A stretch of DNA of 63,727 nucleotides, the filler included, from Reticulomyxa filosa (taxonomy: Eukaryota > Protista > Foraminifera): the NCBI GenBank assembly GCA_000512085.1. It is 13 parts of 13 records of this genome, joined end to end, with 100 filler letters (N's around TTAATTAATTAA, not from the genome) between each part and the next. Parts side by side here need not be neighbours in the genome. Positions count along the whole stretch, not along the records: positions 50,777 to 51,912 come from ASPP01008285.1; positions 52,013 to 53,314 come from ASPP01020862.1; positions 53,415 to 59,761 come from ASPP01017526.1; positions 59,862 to 60,970 come from ASPP01041999.1; positions 61,071 to 63,727 come from ASPP01020529.1; 8 more parts are not named here. The stretch is one strand, 5' to 3'. Below are positions 50,777 to 63,704 of this stretch, piece after piece. The notes under the pieces were generated by a model that saw only the letters and a program-made list of their open reading frames with translations, was not told where the DNA came from and made no database searches. Position numbers and translations under genes: made by a program. Every line of letters starts with the position of its first letter. Position 1 is the first letter of the stretch.

Positions 50777-51912
50777 TGCGATTTATATCCCGCGCGTCGG
50801 TAATGTTGGCGTGGCAGGGGTCAAGTTCAAGGACTTGCAAGCCCACCTGAAAAAGTCCATGGCAAAATCTTTACCAATTTCGAACTCACCGCTTCGCTTT
50901 CCCAGACGCGTGCCATTCAGGTATACGTTCACGGGCTTTGCCCGCCAGCCCGGCAGTTATCAGATCAGTGCCATGAGTACACTGGTGAACGCACTGTTTG
51001 CCGTTGGCGGCCCTTCTGCTGAGGGTTCTGTGCGTCGTGTCGAGGTAAAGCGCAATGGCAAGACCATCGCTACGTTTGACTTGTACGCCTTCCTGAATGA
51101 AGGTAGCAAGCCGTCCGATGTCCAGTTGCAAGACGGTGATGTCATCCATATCCCCGCTATGGGCAATTTGGTCGCCTTGACCGGTCTGGTCAAACAGCCA
51201 GCCATTTACGAAGCCCTGCCGAAAGAGTCGCTTGCGGCATTGTTGAAGAGAACCGGCGGTGTGCAAGCGGTTGCCGAGCAAGTAGAGTTGCAGCTTGAAG
51301 TTGTCGATAAAGGCTGGCTCCGTCAAGAACAGAGCGGCAAGAAGCACGCCGGCTACGATGACCTGCTGCGTGCAGTGGCGGCAACCTCGCCGCGTCAGGG
51401 CGGGATTTACCGTATCAGCAGCCCGGACGCCGTGGCACTGCGGGCTAATGCATCGCAGTATTACGTTAAGGTGGATGGCGAAGTTGTGAACCCTGGGGTG
51501 TACAAGCTGCAGCGGGGCGAGACCTTGCGCGACTTGATGGCCAGGATTGGTGGTGTTGGTGAGGATGCCTATTTGTTCGGGTTGGTACTTAGCCGCTCTT
51601 CCATTCGTGAGCAGCAACAGAAGGCATTGAATGAGGCGGTAGATCGTTTCGAGAAAGAAGCCGAAGCGGCGGCGTCGAACAAGCTTGCTACGACCAGTGT
51701 GTCGGATAATATGCAAGCGATTCAGGCAGAGCTGGAGCGTAACCGCAAGCGTGCGCAGAATATGCGCAAGGTACAGGCTGTTGGGCGTGTGGCTCTCGAG
51801 TTTTCCGATTACAAGGTGAAGCTGAAAGATCTTCCTGATCTGCCTTTGGAGAATGGAGACGCCATTTATGTGCCACGTCAGCCGGGCACTATCAATGTCT
51901 TTGGTTCTGTCA
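50777..51912 (+). CDS. Bacterial SLBB-domain polysaccharide export outer-membrane protein (Wza/KpsD/OtnA family), internal fragment
   Basis: The whole contig is one intronless, markedly GC-richer ORF. Motifs: IYIPRVG, ARQPGSY.ISAMSTLVNALFAVGGPS, FDLYAFL, LQDGDVIHIP, VDGEVVNPGVY, LENGDAIYVP. Confidence 0.9.
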
Positions 51913-52742
51913 NNNNNNNNNNNNNNNNNNNNNNNNNNNNNNNNNNNNNNNNNNNNTTAATTAATTAANNNNNNNNNNNNNNNNNNNNNNNNNNNNNNNN
52001 NNNNNNNNNNNNCAAAAAAAAAATGGCCCCTTTTTTTCTCTTCTTCTTCCTTTTAACTGTTGATGTGCTAATAAAATCCACGTAATAGCATACAATAACC
52101 ACAACACGAAGATAATATTTCCTTCTCACTGCCATTTTATCCAATATTATCTTTGCAACTGTCTGTTCTTTCGTTGTCGTATATTTTTTTTTTTTTTGTA
52201 ATCACATTCAAACGATCCGAAGAATCATATTCACTCAATCAAAATATCCTTCTCCGACAATCATATCTACTCTATCCCAACATTTTTTATTTCTTTTGCT
52301 TTGCTTTTTTTTTTCTCTTTAGTTTGTTTTGGCCGCGTTGAAGTGTAATTGTTCGTACTGCAATCACCAAACAATTTGTTAACACATTTGAATTCTTCAT
52401 CCCAAAGAAAAACAACACTGGCAACAGAACAAGCATAGTTTTTTTTTAAGTTACTTTCCAATTTTTATTTAACAATGGGGCGTGAGAAACAAATGTAAGT
52501 TTTGTCTGGAGATTATTGAAAATACATTTGTTATCTTCACACAAGACCTGGATAAGGAAATTTAACATTCTTCATTTACGAAAAGTAGTTAATTTGTGAG
52601 GTTGGTACTTTTTGCTTTTTTTGTTTAAAAAAAAGCTAAAAAAAAGGTATATTTTTGCTTTACCACCAGCGAAAGTGGTCGTATTGTTACTAAAAGATAT
52701 ATTTATTGCGTCCTTCACAACAATTTTCCAGTAGAGATAATT

Positions 52743-53200
52743 ATGTGCTTTGGCAATGGTCTGTCTCTTTCAGCGACATCATCACTGTTAGGGACAATTC
52801 TTGCTCTTATAGAATTTCTTTTGTTTGCTGTTCGTTGCGTTGAGAGTGACAATGTGTATTGTAGTGACATTTCATCTGCATCCGAGTGTCTGCAACACTT
52901 GGATGTATGCTTTGTCCGAGACTCTTTATGTCTATGTAAGAATGCAGATAATTCTCGAGTGCCAATGGACGTTGTATTTTTGTTGGAGTCATCAGACATG
53001 ACAGAATACATATTTAGTCAAGGAGTTAAAAACATAACAGCGCTCTACGTGAGCAATGTCCAATCTCCCTCCACACATGTCCATGTAATTATCTATGGTG
53101 CCAATGGTACCACTTCGGATGGGTTGCTTATATATGAAAATCCTACGGCCATTCAAGTAAACAATATCCCTTACAAAGGAACTGTGTACTTGATTTCCAA
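52743..53200 (+). CDS. Secreted/membrane protein with Cys-rich module and vWA-like strand (fragment)
   Basis: Hydrophobic N-terminus, C..C..C..C-C module, then MDVVFLLESS (vWA beta-1-like) and VHVIIYG. Confidence 0.45.
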
Positions 53201-53424
53201 TGCTTGTATGGTTGACGATATCAAAAAAAAATTTTTTTTTTTGTTGGCAAAATACATTCATACCTACAAAAAAAAAAAAAAAATAACATGTGACATGTAC
53301 CTGAGATGTATTGTNNNNNNNNNNNNNNNNNNNNNNNNNNNNNNNNNNNNNNNNNNNNTTAATTAATTAANNNNNNNNNNNNNNNNNNNNNNNNNNNNNN
53401 NNNNNNNNNNNNNNTTTTTTTTTT

Positions 53425-54185
53425 TTACCAAAGGTACAAAATTAATATGCTGAACACTGCAAATGAACCATTACTGACAAGCCTTTGGATGTCTTCTCTG
53501 CCAATAAACTGCAGTATGAGATAAATCAAAAACTCCCCCAAAAATATCGGCAAGACGATGCGCGTATATACCCATCGCGAATTTCCAAACGTGCGACGTG
53601 TCGACGTGCGGATAAACCACTTCAACGAATCGTCCATCACCAATGCCGATGGATTCAATGAATGGACCCACTTTCCTTGCGACAATGCCACACTGTACTG
53701 CAAGTTATAATATAAAAAAAGATCCTTGCTGGAAATAGTATCACTGGCCCAAAATATGCTGTGTGCATGTGTGTTTTTTTTCATTGACCATTAGTTTTTT
53801 TTTTTTTTTTTTTTGGCATACGGGCATATAAAAACAATCTTTTTTTTTAGAAAAGAAAGTTGCCTTTTTTTTTTTAACCGACAAACCACGTGACATTTGC
53901 AAACACGTAAAAAATGGATTGGATTGTCATTACTGTTTGTGTTCTCTCGGTACGATCTTCCATGTGTGTCCATATCAATGTTGCGGGCTGAACTATACAC
54001 ATTGCTGTCAACAAACATATATTGCACGAAATTTGTAAAATGTATTCCCGCTTGGCTATTACTGGCAAAAAGTGAATCTTGTGATATTCAAACATCCAAT
54101 AAACACAAAATCCAGCCAGAAGCCATTCAAAAAGAATATCTACCGTCAAAATAGACAATGACCAATTTGACAAATACATGGCCAA
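53425..54185 (-). CDS. Multi-pass (7TM-like) membrane protein, 5' part
   Basis: At least five hydrophobic helices across two exons; PVIAKR after TM1; WFI..TFGN loop. Truncated by the spacer. Confidence 0.55.
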
Positions 54186-56056
54186 GCTTTTATGTTGAAC
54201 TTAATGATTATATATTTTTTATATATCAACAGTTCAGACTGAACTTGTTGTGCTGTTGTCCTTTGTAGTCAATGGATTAACTGTCCCCTCGTATTTTCCA
54301 AATCTCTTTTGTCAGTATTTTAAAATGCATATACTCTTTTTTATGCATTAATTAAGTAATGCTATTTTATTTTGCTCATTCTTATGGCTTTCACGCGATC
54401 ATTACGCTTTTGCACGATTTATCGTTAAGTTTAGCTTCTACAATTATCTTAGTGCATTACATCATAGGGAGCATGTGTACAGAAGTTGGTAATTGTAATA
54501 TAACAAATGCTCTTATTGATAGCAGTTTTCAATAAAGCAAAAGTAAATAAAAGAAGAATAACAACAAATGGAAAGAAAGCTACGAAAAAGTGAAGATAGT
54601 TTTGGAGAAGTTTAACCACTAGTGAATACTCAGACAAAATCAGTTCAGCAGTCTACAGTGTGACTTGACATAAACCCTTTTCAAATGGAAAAAAACACAT
54701 CTTGGTGAAGAGCAGTATCAAAGCTAAAGGATTTTCTCCTTTTCGAAAGTATGAGTTTACGAAGAACAACATATGAAAATATTCTTAAGCCAAGGTCGCA
54801 AAATCGCGTAACATGTAACTACACGACGCAACTTGTACTAGTTAGTCCAGCTGGAAGTACAGAACTAACAAAAAAAAAATGGTAAAACAAGCAAAATATA
54901 ATTTAAGATAATATTACACTTACGTACATGCTATTAGAAGCAGAAATGATATTAGCTTTAATTTGAACACAAGCATGTGCAAAATTAGTTTAGATGCAAT
55001 ATTACGAAAATTACAACAACGATTTATCGTAATGTGTTTAACGTCTTGTAGTATAAAAACTTGACATTATTAAGAAATACATAACATTTTTTGGAGTGGA
55101 ATTCTTATGTATAAAGTTCTTCCATTGTTAGGTGGACAACTAGAATACAATGTTGTTTGACGTACCAGTTTTTCTTCAAAAAAAAGGGGCACGTGATCTG
55201 CGTTTTTATTTTGTAACAAAAAATGAAAGTGGTATTTAGACAAAAAAATCTTGTGAAAGATTGGAAAAACATCTAGAAACAATCCTTACAAGGGCTTGTT
55301 TGATCGCACGACCAAAGTTGCTAAATGTGAGTCTTTTAATTTTTTACAACTGCAACGCGTCAGGGTCATTCCACATCACTCTGATGTAATGTTCATGGAC
55401 AACTATACCATATTGTTCAAAAGTACAAGCACCAAGAAATCGTGTGCATTTGAATATCGACGAAGAAAGAGAAAGGGATAGTATCACACGTACTCTTGCA
55501 CTCTCATTGTTTTGTATCTTTAGTCGCTTCGTTTCATCATTTTTTTATTGTGATTAAAAAAAAAGAGCCAAAGAGTGAAAGGAAAAAAGGTGGATATAGA
55601 GGGAGTCGGGAATGAGAGGAGAGGATTGACACTACTAAAATTTTGTTTGATGAATTTTTAAAAAAAATATGACATCATCAATCATTATCCACTTATTTAC
55701 GTTGCTTCACACATGTTTGACAAAAGATAGTCTTGCATTACGTCTGTGGTTTCAATCAGTAAAAACTAACATCAATTTTCTCAAAGTGATTGACACAACC
55801 AAATCCACATCACTAAAAGCTCATCTTTTTTTTCTTGGTGAGAGATCATTATCTCAAATTTTTTTTTAAAAAGATAGTCTATCTTCAAAAAGCTTATACA
55901 ATTTCATCAGACAGATAACCTTTTTTAAAAAAGATTGGGTGACTATGAAAGTAAGTGCTCAAGTTTTAACATAAACAAATCGAATAAAAAAAAGAGCCGC
56001 ATCAAAAGACAAAAAAAAAAAAAAAAAATGAAATAAAAAACGGGAAAATAAAAGCA

Positions 56057-57788
56057 ATGAGGCCAAAGCTCAAGGATATCAATAAAATTGCGGATACTAT
56101 AGCAATACAAGCGGTGACATCACAGCTGCCGAATTTGCGTGAAAGGTCATCCGATTCTTTCAAGTCGCTTTCAGTCCGTTGGGGTATCGCATCCTCTTGC
56201 ACACGGAAACGAAAGTTTCGAAGAGGCCATTCCAATCGAGTCACTCGTGGCCCACTAAAGCGCAGTCATCATGTTACTAACGAGGAGAAAAAAATAAATA
56301 AATAAACAAATAAAACTATATGTTGGATGTTTTTTTTTTTATCATTTGATTGTTATTTAATTAGTTAAAAAAAAAAAAAGAGTGAGTTTAAGTTTGAAAA
56401 GGAAAGATTGAAAAAAATTGCATTGTTTATTTCTTCATTTGTCGTAATTAATACATTTAAAAAAAAAACAAACAAACAAAGGTTGCATCTGCTTCATGGA
56501 CAACTCCTGTTCAAGACTTACAACTAGTGAACTCGAAAAGGTGTCGTGTGCAAGACTTTTACACAGACATTGACGCATTTACGTATAATGAGGACTTGAC
56601 ATCGTTTCGTCCGACCGTAGACGTGAATCAACTGATCAATAGACAGTCGGACAGTATCGACACAAGGCGTGAAGATCAACTGCGATCAATTAATTATGAA
56701 CATTTAGATGAACTGAATATTACTGCTTTGATCGAACAAAGTGAAAGCTTGTTGTCATCTTCGACAAGTTGCACGAATGACTACAACTTTGGAGAATCGT
56801 TGTTTGATGACCCTGATTTATTAAATACGCTGCCACAAAGTACTTGTTGTAATATTCCTCAAACACCCATTGCAAACAGCAATGTGACAAGTCTCACTGG
56901 ACAAAAAGGTAATATTAAGTCCGCAAATCAAAAAAATAAAAATAAAAATAAAACATCAATGGCTTTGTTCATGAATAGAAGATCTGCCAATCAACTCACA
57001 AGAGCCAACGTTCTGGTGTGTACTCACCCCACAACAAGGAACTGTAAACAGTACACTACACGAATTGCACGTGGATGAATCAAGAAGTGGTACAGAAATT
57101 TTGTTGGTACCATCCAATTGTGACAACACGAACGATACACAAGCCACTCAACTTAACTTGGAGATTGTTAATATAGATAACGATATCACATACACAAGTG
57201 ACTCTGATTCGTCTCTGTCTCAGCAAAATCAAACCAAGTGGTCAAAGGTACGCTGCCATTTTGTTATCTTTGAAACTAATTTTTTTAAGTCACCCCTGCA
57301 AATTCTAGGTCACCAAGATATCCAGCTTTCAAGGTTTGGAATCTACAATTATGTTGAAAAAGACAGTCGATGTGAAAGAACAAGAACGAATCGCACAAGT
57401 TTGTTGCTTTTGTTTGCTTTTCTTTCTCCGGGTACATTTAAACAACACATAAAAAAAATAATAAAAACAGAGTGCGAAAGTGACCCACTTTACCGGTCTC
57501 AAAAGTAGTACTAAAAAGATGCGAACTGCACAAATAGATGGCAACATATTGGCATCTAAGTTAGTCAGTGGTGGCTCTGCATACGAAGAGGTAGTAAAAC
57601 AAAAAAGCATTAGTAGAAAAATCAAAAAAACGATTAGTGTTAATTCCTCTCAAGTCTTACAAGCAAAAAGCGTTTTTAAACAATTGGAAAAAGAGAATTG
57701 TCGACAAAATGCTAATATTTCGAAGATCATCAATCCCAGATCTAAGACAGCAAGTAAAGATACTATTCGGACTGAACAGGGACAATGA
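56057..57788 (+). CDS. Hypothetical multi-exon protein (Ser/Asn/Thr-rich)
   Basis: Collinear + strand ORFs 56057-56305, 56527-57078, 57065-57508 and 57480-57788. No family recognised. Confidence 0.4.
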
Positions 57789-58833
57789 TGAAACAAAAAA
57801 TGATAAACATTAAAGTTCAACGGTAAAAGGCCTTGAATGATTCTTTGCATTGTAAAATGTTACTTTTAGTTGAGCTATTTTTAAGATTGCACTATATGGA
57901 TGTACAAATGTCCAATTATTGTTAACCTTAAAGAAATTTACGCTGCCAACAAGGAACGTCAGCAAAGAGAAAAAATGTAAAAAATAATTCTTACATCAAA
58001 TGTTAATGTATCTACTGATCGAGCATAACAATTTTTCAAAAGAAAGTATTTTAATTAACTTACAAATCAATAAACGAAATGTGACAAGAAAATAATTTAC
58101 ATAAGATTTTATAACAAAGATATCGATTATTGGTGTGGGTTTTCTGCTGAAAGAGGTGCACAAAATGTAATACGAAAGGTTTCGCTCTTCTGAGCAATTT
58201 AAAACAAAAGAATAATTAATTAAATAAAAGAAAAACAAATAACAAGATTCAACCAAGTAAAAGAGGAAAGACAAGTCGTGAAAGTGGGTAGTGTGTTGTT
58301 AGAATAAAGGGGTTCCAAAGTTCACTTGGATTTTGCGAGAACTGCTTATTACGATATATCATGAGTACTATATCAGTCCTTTTTTGTAATGTTAGCAATT
58401 ACTGAAATATATTAGCATTGAAGATAAACTAAGATCAATAATATCATTGTCAATGTAAAATGATAGCTGTTCACGATGTGATTGTTTATTTGCTCATAAA
58501 GTGATTGTTTTTTAGATAATAATAGTTATAATTACAATAAGAAAACAATAACAACAAAAAATTATGCGAATTTGTTTATCTTTGTAGCTATAGCTTTGTC
58601 AATCTTGGTCTTTACAGTATCTATCAAATTATAAATTTGTTGTTACTTTGGATTAAGTTTGGTTTTCACTTTACTATTTTTTTTGGAATTTTTATATTTC
58701 TCTTAGATCCAATTTCCAAATTTTACTGCAAAAAGTTGTGGACAGCATTGTCAGTAAACAAAGCTTTTTCAAAGGGTGAAAGAAGGGGAAAAAAAGATTT
58801 ATTTGCGACCACATAAAAGGTTGAGATTCGATA

Positions 58834-59652
58834 ATGACCAGCGACGTTCGACCTTTGCTTTCAATACAACAAGATTCAAAGCTACCAATATGGGAACGTA
58901 AAACGGCATGTTGTGCAAAATACCCGTGTGTTGAAAAGACATCGTGGGCATTGTTCGGAGTGTTTTTGTTAATACTGGGTCTGCAAAGCTTGTATTTGCC
59001 ATCGTTTTTGCGGAAGCAAGTGCACCACGGAGTGAAAGAATCGTTGGTGTTCAAGTATCCAAAGCCAGGAGATTCAAGTTACGACAGCTGGCAATACAAC
59101 CGCGGTCACAACCGAGTGCCATTATGGATGGAATATCGTTTCTTCAACGTGATCAACACAGATGAAGTGTTGCTAGGGAAGCCCCCAAGATTTGACATCA
59201 CCCCTTTGGTTGCTTATGATATGTACGAATACAAGGAAAATGTTCAATTCAGTACCGATTCGACCACTGTCACTTATGACGTTCGCACTTTTTACATGTT
59301 ACCAAAAGGGGGGGAGGGATAGTTTTTTTTTTTTATTTATTTATTTTTTATTTTTTATTTTTTTTTTACAAAGTTTTATTTAAATTTTAAATAATTCAAA
59401 CAAATAGATAAAAATTGACAGATTAAAAAAAAAAACCCCATTAAATTTAAAAAAAAAAAAAAAAAAACAGATATAATTCGGAACGCTCTGTTGTAAACAG
59501 CGAAGATAAAGTAACGCTAATAGCACCCTTTGTAGGAATGTTGTGGCATTATTATGAAAGTCAGACCTATTTCACCAGAGAGCAAATGGATTTTATTTTC
59601 CGATACCTCAGTGACCACCCTGAAATGGCGGATGATTTGTTGTTTGTTAAGT
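58834..59652 (+). CDS. CD36/LIMP-2 scavenger-receptor family protein, 5' part
   Basis: N-terminal TM, then DSSYDSWQ...PLWMEYRFFNVINTDEVLLGKPPRF...Y...KENVQF...TVTY. Intron 59298-59470 joins to YNSERSV..DKVTL. Confidence 0.85.
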
Positions 59653-61088
59653 GTCGAGCTTTTTCTCTATTTTTGTTTGTCGTTTTGCAGATAAGAATAA
59701 AGGTGCAAAAGGGGAATACGTATCTTTAAAAAAAAAAAGGGGGGCAAAGGGGGAGGGGGGGNNNNNNNNNNNNNNNNNNNNNNNNNNNNNNNNNNNNNNN
59801 NNNNNTTAATTAATTAANNNNNNNNNNNNNNNNNNNNNNNNNNNNNNNNNNNNNNNNNNNNATTGTTAGAACAAACAATGATTGAAATGCATATCAAAAA
59901 CTCAACTATATTGAAAAACAACGACAACTAAATTGCAACATATTTGTACTACAGATCAAACCACACAATGGTACTAAATTATATAAAAAGAAAAGAAAAA
60001 AATAAGGACATGCCAATAAGTTGACTTGTTATATCATTTTTCATATCATCGAAAGGGATCGGACTGACAATATTGCCAAAATACATGTATTGTGGAAATA
60101 TTGTTTTTTATTTTCGTATTTGTGCATTCCAAAGTCGTGGTAGCTGTATTTGATTTGTTTCTGCCGATGCTACAATTACACGCTTTGCAATAAAGATTGA
60201 TCTCGATGATAACGATGATAATGCAATCGAAGACATCTTTGACAGCAGCTAATGCAATAAGCGAAGAAGAATAGGAGGTACGTCGATACGACTGTGATCC
60301 CAAGAATAGACCATGGTATTAACGTCACCTCAAGTACCCAATGGTGACAATAGCGACGAAATGGAGCCAATAAAATGACAATCGATTGGAAGGCAGTATT
60401 CGTAATACTCACATTTAATACAATGATTTGATCATTTTTTAATGTGCTGAACTACCGCTTTGCCTCTGGGCATGAATGGAGGCAAGAGGATCAACATTGC
60501 TTCGATGCGAAATGATGGATCGCGTTTGTATATACAATGGCAGGACTGTTCATGGATTTGGCAAAACGGAGTGACCTTTGAGAATGCAGGTATTACTACA
60601 AGGACAAGATGTGGTATGTGCATTGTGAAAAGAATCTCCTTGAAAAAGATTCACCCATTTGTATTTGACCAAGTGGAAATGATACTTCCGACCCGTCTCT
60701 TTTGCAATGATACTATTCGCTGTCGTTGATGTTATTTGTCATAGAAGAGTCACTATATTATTGATCTCTGGATACCGTTTGCACGTCGAATCTTTTTTTT
60801 AGTTTTTGTAATGCCTCCGTTCTTACTAAGACAGTAGCATTTGCTCCAACATTTCTGCACATCCTCTCATTCTCTTTCATTTGCAGTTTCACCATATACA
60901 CTGCCTGCGGACTAACGTATTCTGGTTGTTGTAAAAACAACAAACAAATAAACAACAAATTAGTTCAAATNNNNNNNNNNNNNNNNNNNNNNNNNNNNNN
61001 NNNNNNNNNNNNNNTTAATTAATTAANNNNNNNNNNNNNNNNNNNNNNNNNNNNNNNNNNNNNNNNNNNNTATTTCAAAAGACAAATA

Positions 61089-61130
<42 letters not shown>

Positions 61131-61140
61131 ACATGATTAG

Positions 61141-62360
61141 AGACTGATTCTTTGATAACCTCTCCAAGTCCAGAAATAGAGGAAATTGCCGCACAACTTC
61201 AACCCGTGGGTGAAATCAGCGCACAAAAGCTATATGCTTCGACAGGCGTCTCTTATCCATATTTACACTCGCAACTGTACTTGACTTCCACGCCTAACAT
61301 GAGACATACTTTTACAGTTTGTTGTTTGTGTGTTCTCCTCAAAGTAAATTCTTATCTTTTTGTATGTACATATATGTACGTATATGTTACTATTATTATT
61401 ATTATTATTATTATTATTGCTATTTGTTTTGTTATAATGTGTATTCAATTAAAAATCTTTGCAGCACACGGAAATGAAACCACTTAGCTTAGACGAACAA
61501 AAAGAATCGACAAGCATGAGCAACTTAATGTCGAGCTTTCGTGGCCATGAAGACAGCAAGAAATGGTTTTCTCAAATCGAAATATTCAGCATGGATGACA
61601 CAAAGCAAGTCTCATTGTGGGGCAATCCGCAGTTCCGTTTTGCAATCGTTTCGTCTGACAAACCTTCTCAAGTCCAGGACGGCTCCACACAAGATACTTC
61701 GACCAACAGTCAAATCGATATTTATTCCTTTCTAGATTTATCCAAATTTAATAACATCAAAACTGTGACCTTGAATGATCACTCACCGTTTTGTTTTTTT
61801 TTATATTCAAAAAAAAAAACAAAAAAAAAAAAACATTATTATCAACTTGTTTGTTTTGTCTTGTCTTATGATATTTTGACATCCGCAATGTACTGATCAT
61901 ACGCTTGACAAGAGTGATCCAAGCAAAAATGCTTCCTGAAATTCGTATGTCAGGAGACGCGCAGTCTTTGTTGGCCAATGCAATGATTGCCACGTTAGAC
62001 GGAGACAAGAAAAACTGTACCGACAATTCAGACACTCCTTCCAAAAGATTCACCCATAAATCCAAAAAAAAAGAAGATTCAGAGTCACAAACATCTCATT
62101 GGGCAAATTTGCAAAATGGTTCTTTTTTCCTCCATTTTTTTTTTTCTTTCTTCAATATCAAACTAAACAAAGACCAAATGCTTTGTAAATGTCTACTTGG
62201 TATGTGCTTGTTCCCTCAAAAAAGCTATGGTCAGCGAACCATATTTTGTCACAGACACAGAGCCAAGAGAAAAACAACAACAAGTCAACTTATTAGACGC
62301 TGTTGTTTGGAGTGATGAAGATAACGAAAGTGCCGATAATGACAAATTGTATCATGAAAA
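61141..62360 (+). CDS. Hypothetical protein, internal/3' exons
   Basis: Collinear exon-like ORFs separated by homopolymer introns. No family recognised. Confidence 0.4.
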
Positions 62361-63040
62361 AAAAATTTGAAAAACGTAATATCACCCAACCAAAATGTTA
62401 AACTTGCCGTCATTTTGTTCAAACACTGTTATTGTTTAAGTGATGCTGGTTGACAAACTAGCAAAGTGTTTTTTAGTTTTTAACTTATGTTTGCGATTTT
62501 TTTGGATTGTCTCATTTGATTGCTTTGGATTGGAAAAAAATGCTTCATTTTCCTTTTATTCGACTTCTTTTTTGCTTTTTTAATTTTCTGAGTAAGTCAT
62601 ATAACCCCGAAAATTTGAAAAAATTATATAAAATAATTTTTTGTAAAAACCAAACATACCTTTGTGTTTTCATACTTATCGATACTAAAAAAAAGTTTTA
62701 AAATTACAAGTGTTTGTAGGGTTTTTATTTTTCAATGAAATTATTTTTTCTTCTGGGCCTTATTTTAAAATTTTATACTTTAATTTCTATCAAAGTTAAA
62801 AAATGATAAATTTTCTACTGATTCTTAAAAATTCAATAGTAAACATGCAATATTCCTTTTTCACAGTCTTTTGGTCAACGAGCTTCATCGTGTGGGTGTT
62901 CAGCTCGATTAAGATATTTTCTGGATGTGATATATAAGAAAATTTCAAAAGCTTTGTAAAGTTAGTATTTTGGATATAAACTCTTGAAAAACCAATATAA
63001 TAATCAAATTTTTGAAACAATTAGTAAAGATTTAATAAAA

Positions 63041-63704
63041 AAAAAATCACACTGAAAACTGAACAATTCGTAGATATTTTTTTAAAAAAATTATGTGGAT
63101 ATAGTTTCTTCATGAAGAAAATCAATAGTCTATATAATGTGCAGTTTTATTTGTCAACTTTCTTTTGCATTCTATTGTATGATCAATATGTTAATTGATG
63201 TAGTATTTAGATTGACTTGATCAGTGTAATTGCGAATAATACAATACAAGATGGTCTAATTGATAACAGACTGATTTTGATTCAATAACTAATCATGTTG
63301 GCGAAAACATTGTTGTGTTACGTAGCAAGCCTTCGCATAGACGTACAATAGTGGTATGCGCGTATATAGAATCAAACGTATTTTCTGTCGTTTGATAAGG
63401 TTAAATGTATTTTTGAAGTCAATTTTAGCATAAGCTAAATTATCATTTTTTGGACCGATGATATCATTGATTTGAAGCTTTGCACAAAGCATTAAATCAC
63501 TGACTTGACATTGATCCTAGATATCTTGGACCGATAAATTGTTTGACAGTATAACTACAGTAGGTTGCAAAGAAAACTGAACGCCTAAAACATATCATAT
63601 GATGATAATTGATTTTCTCAATGAAAAATCAACATTTAGACCTAATTTTTTTTAAAAAAATATCTACAAATCTTGTAGTTTTCAAATATGATATTGATTT
63701 TTTA
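63041..63704. mobile_element. Putative long-TIR (foldback/MULE-like) element: diverged left arm 63041-63130, right arm 63553-63704
   Basis: GTAGATATTTTTTTAAAAAAATTA...TTCAT.(G)AGAAAATCAAT at 63070-63126 is the reverse complement of the right-arm repeat. Confidence 0.5.
63289..63492 (-). mobile_element. Degenerate non-LTR retrotransposon reverse-transcriptase fragment
   Basis: AYAKIDFKNTFNLIKR...PLLYVYAKACY resembles the RT motif (K/L)DFxNAFN(S)xxR and the downstream P.L..Y....Y of CRE/R2-like elements. The fragment is short and stop-bounded. Confidence 0.6.

Noticed and set aside
49427-53314. HEAT protein, SLBB exporter and vWA protein as a gene cluster or HGT island
   Set aside because: Each lies on a separate contig, and the adjacency comes from concatenation.
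30728-61070. Regularly recurring TTAATTAATTAA palindrome as a biological repeat or CRISPR-like array
   Set aside because: It is always centred in exactly 44+44 Ns, so it is an artificial six-frame stop linker.
61788-61912. Non-canonical (TG or GG) splice acceptors here and near 12135
   Set aside because: Slightly more distal AG acceptors (ACAAG|A, TCAAG|A) restore the frame canonically.
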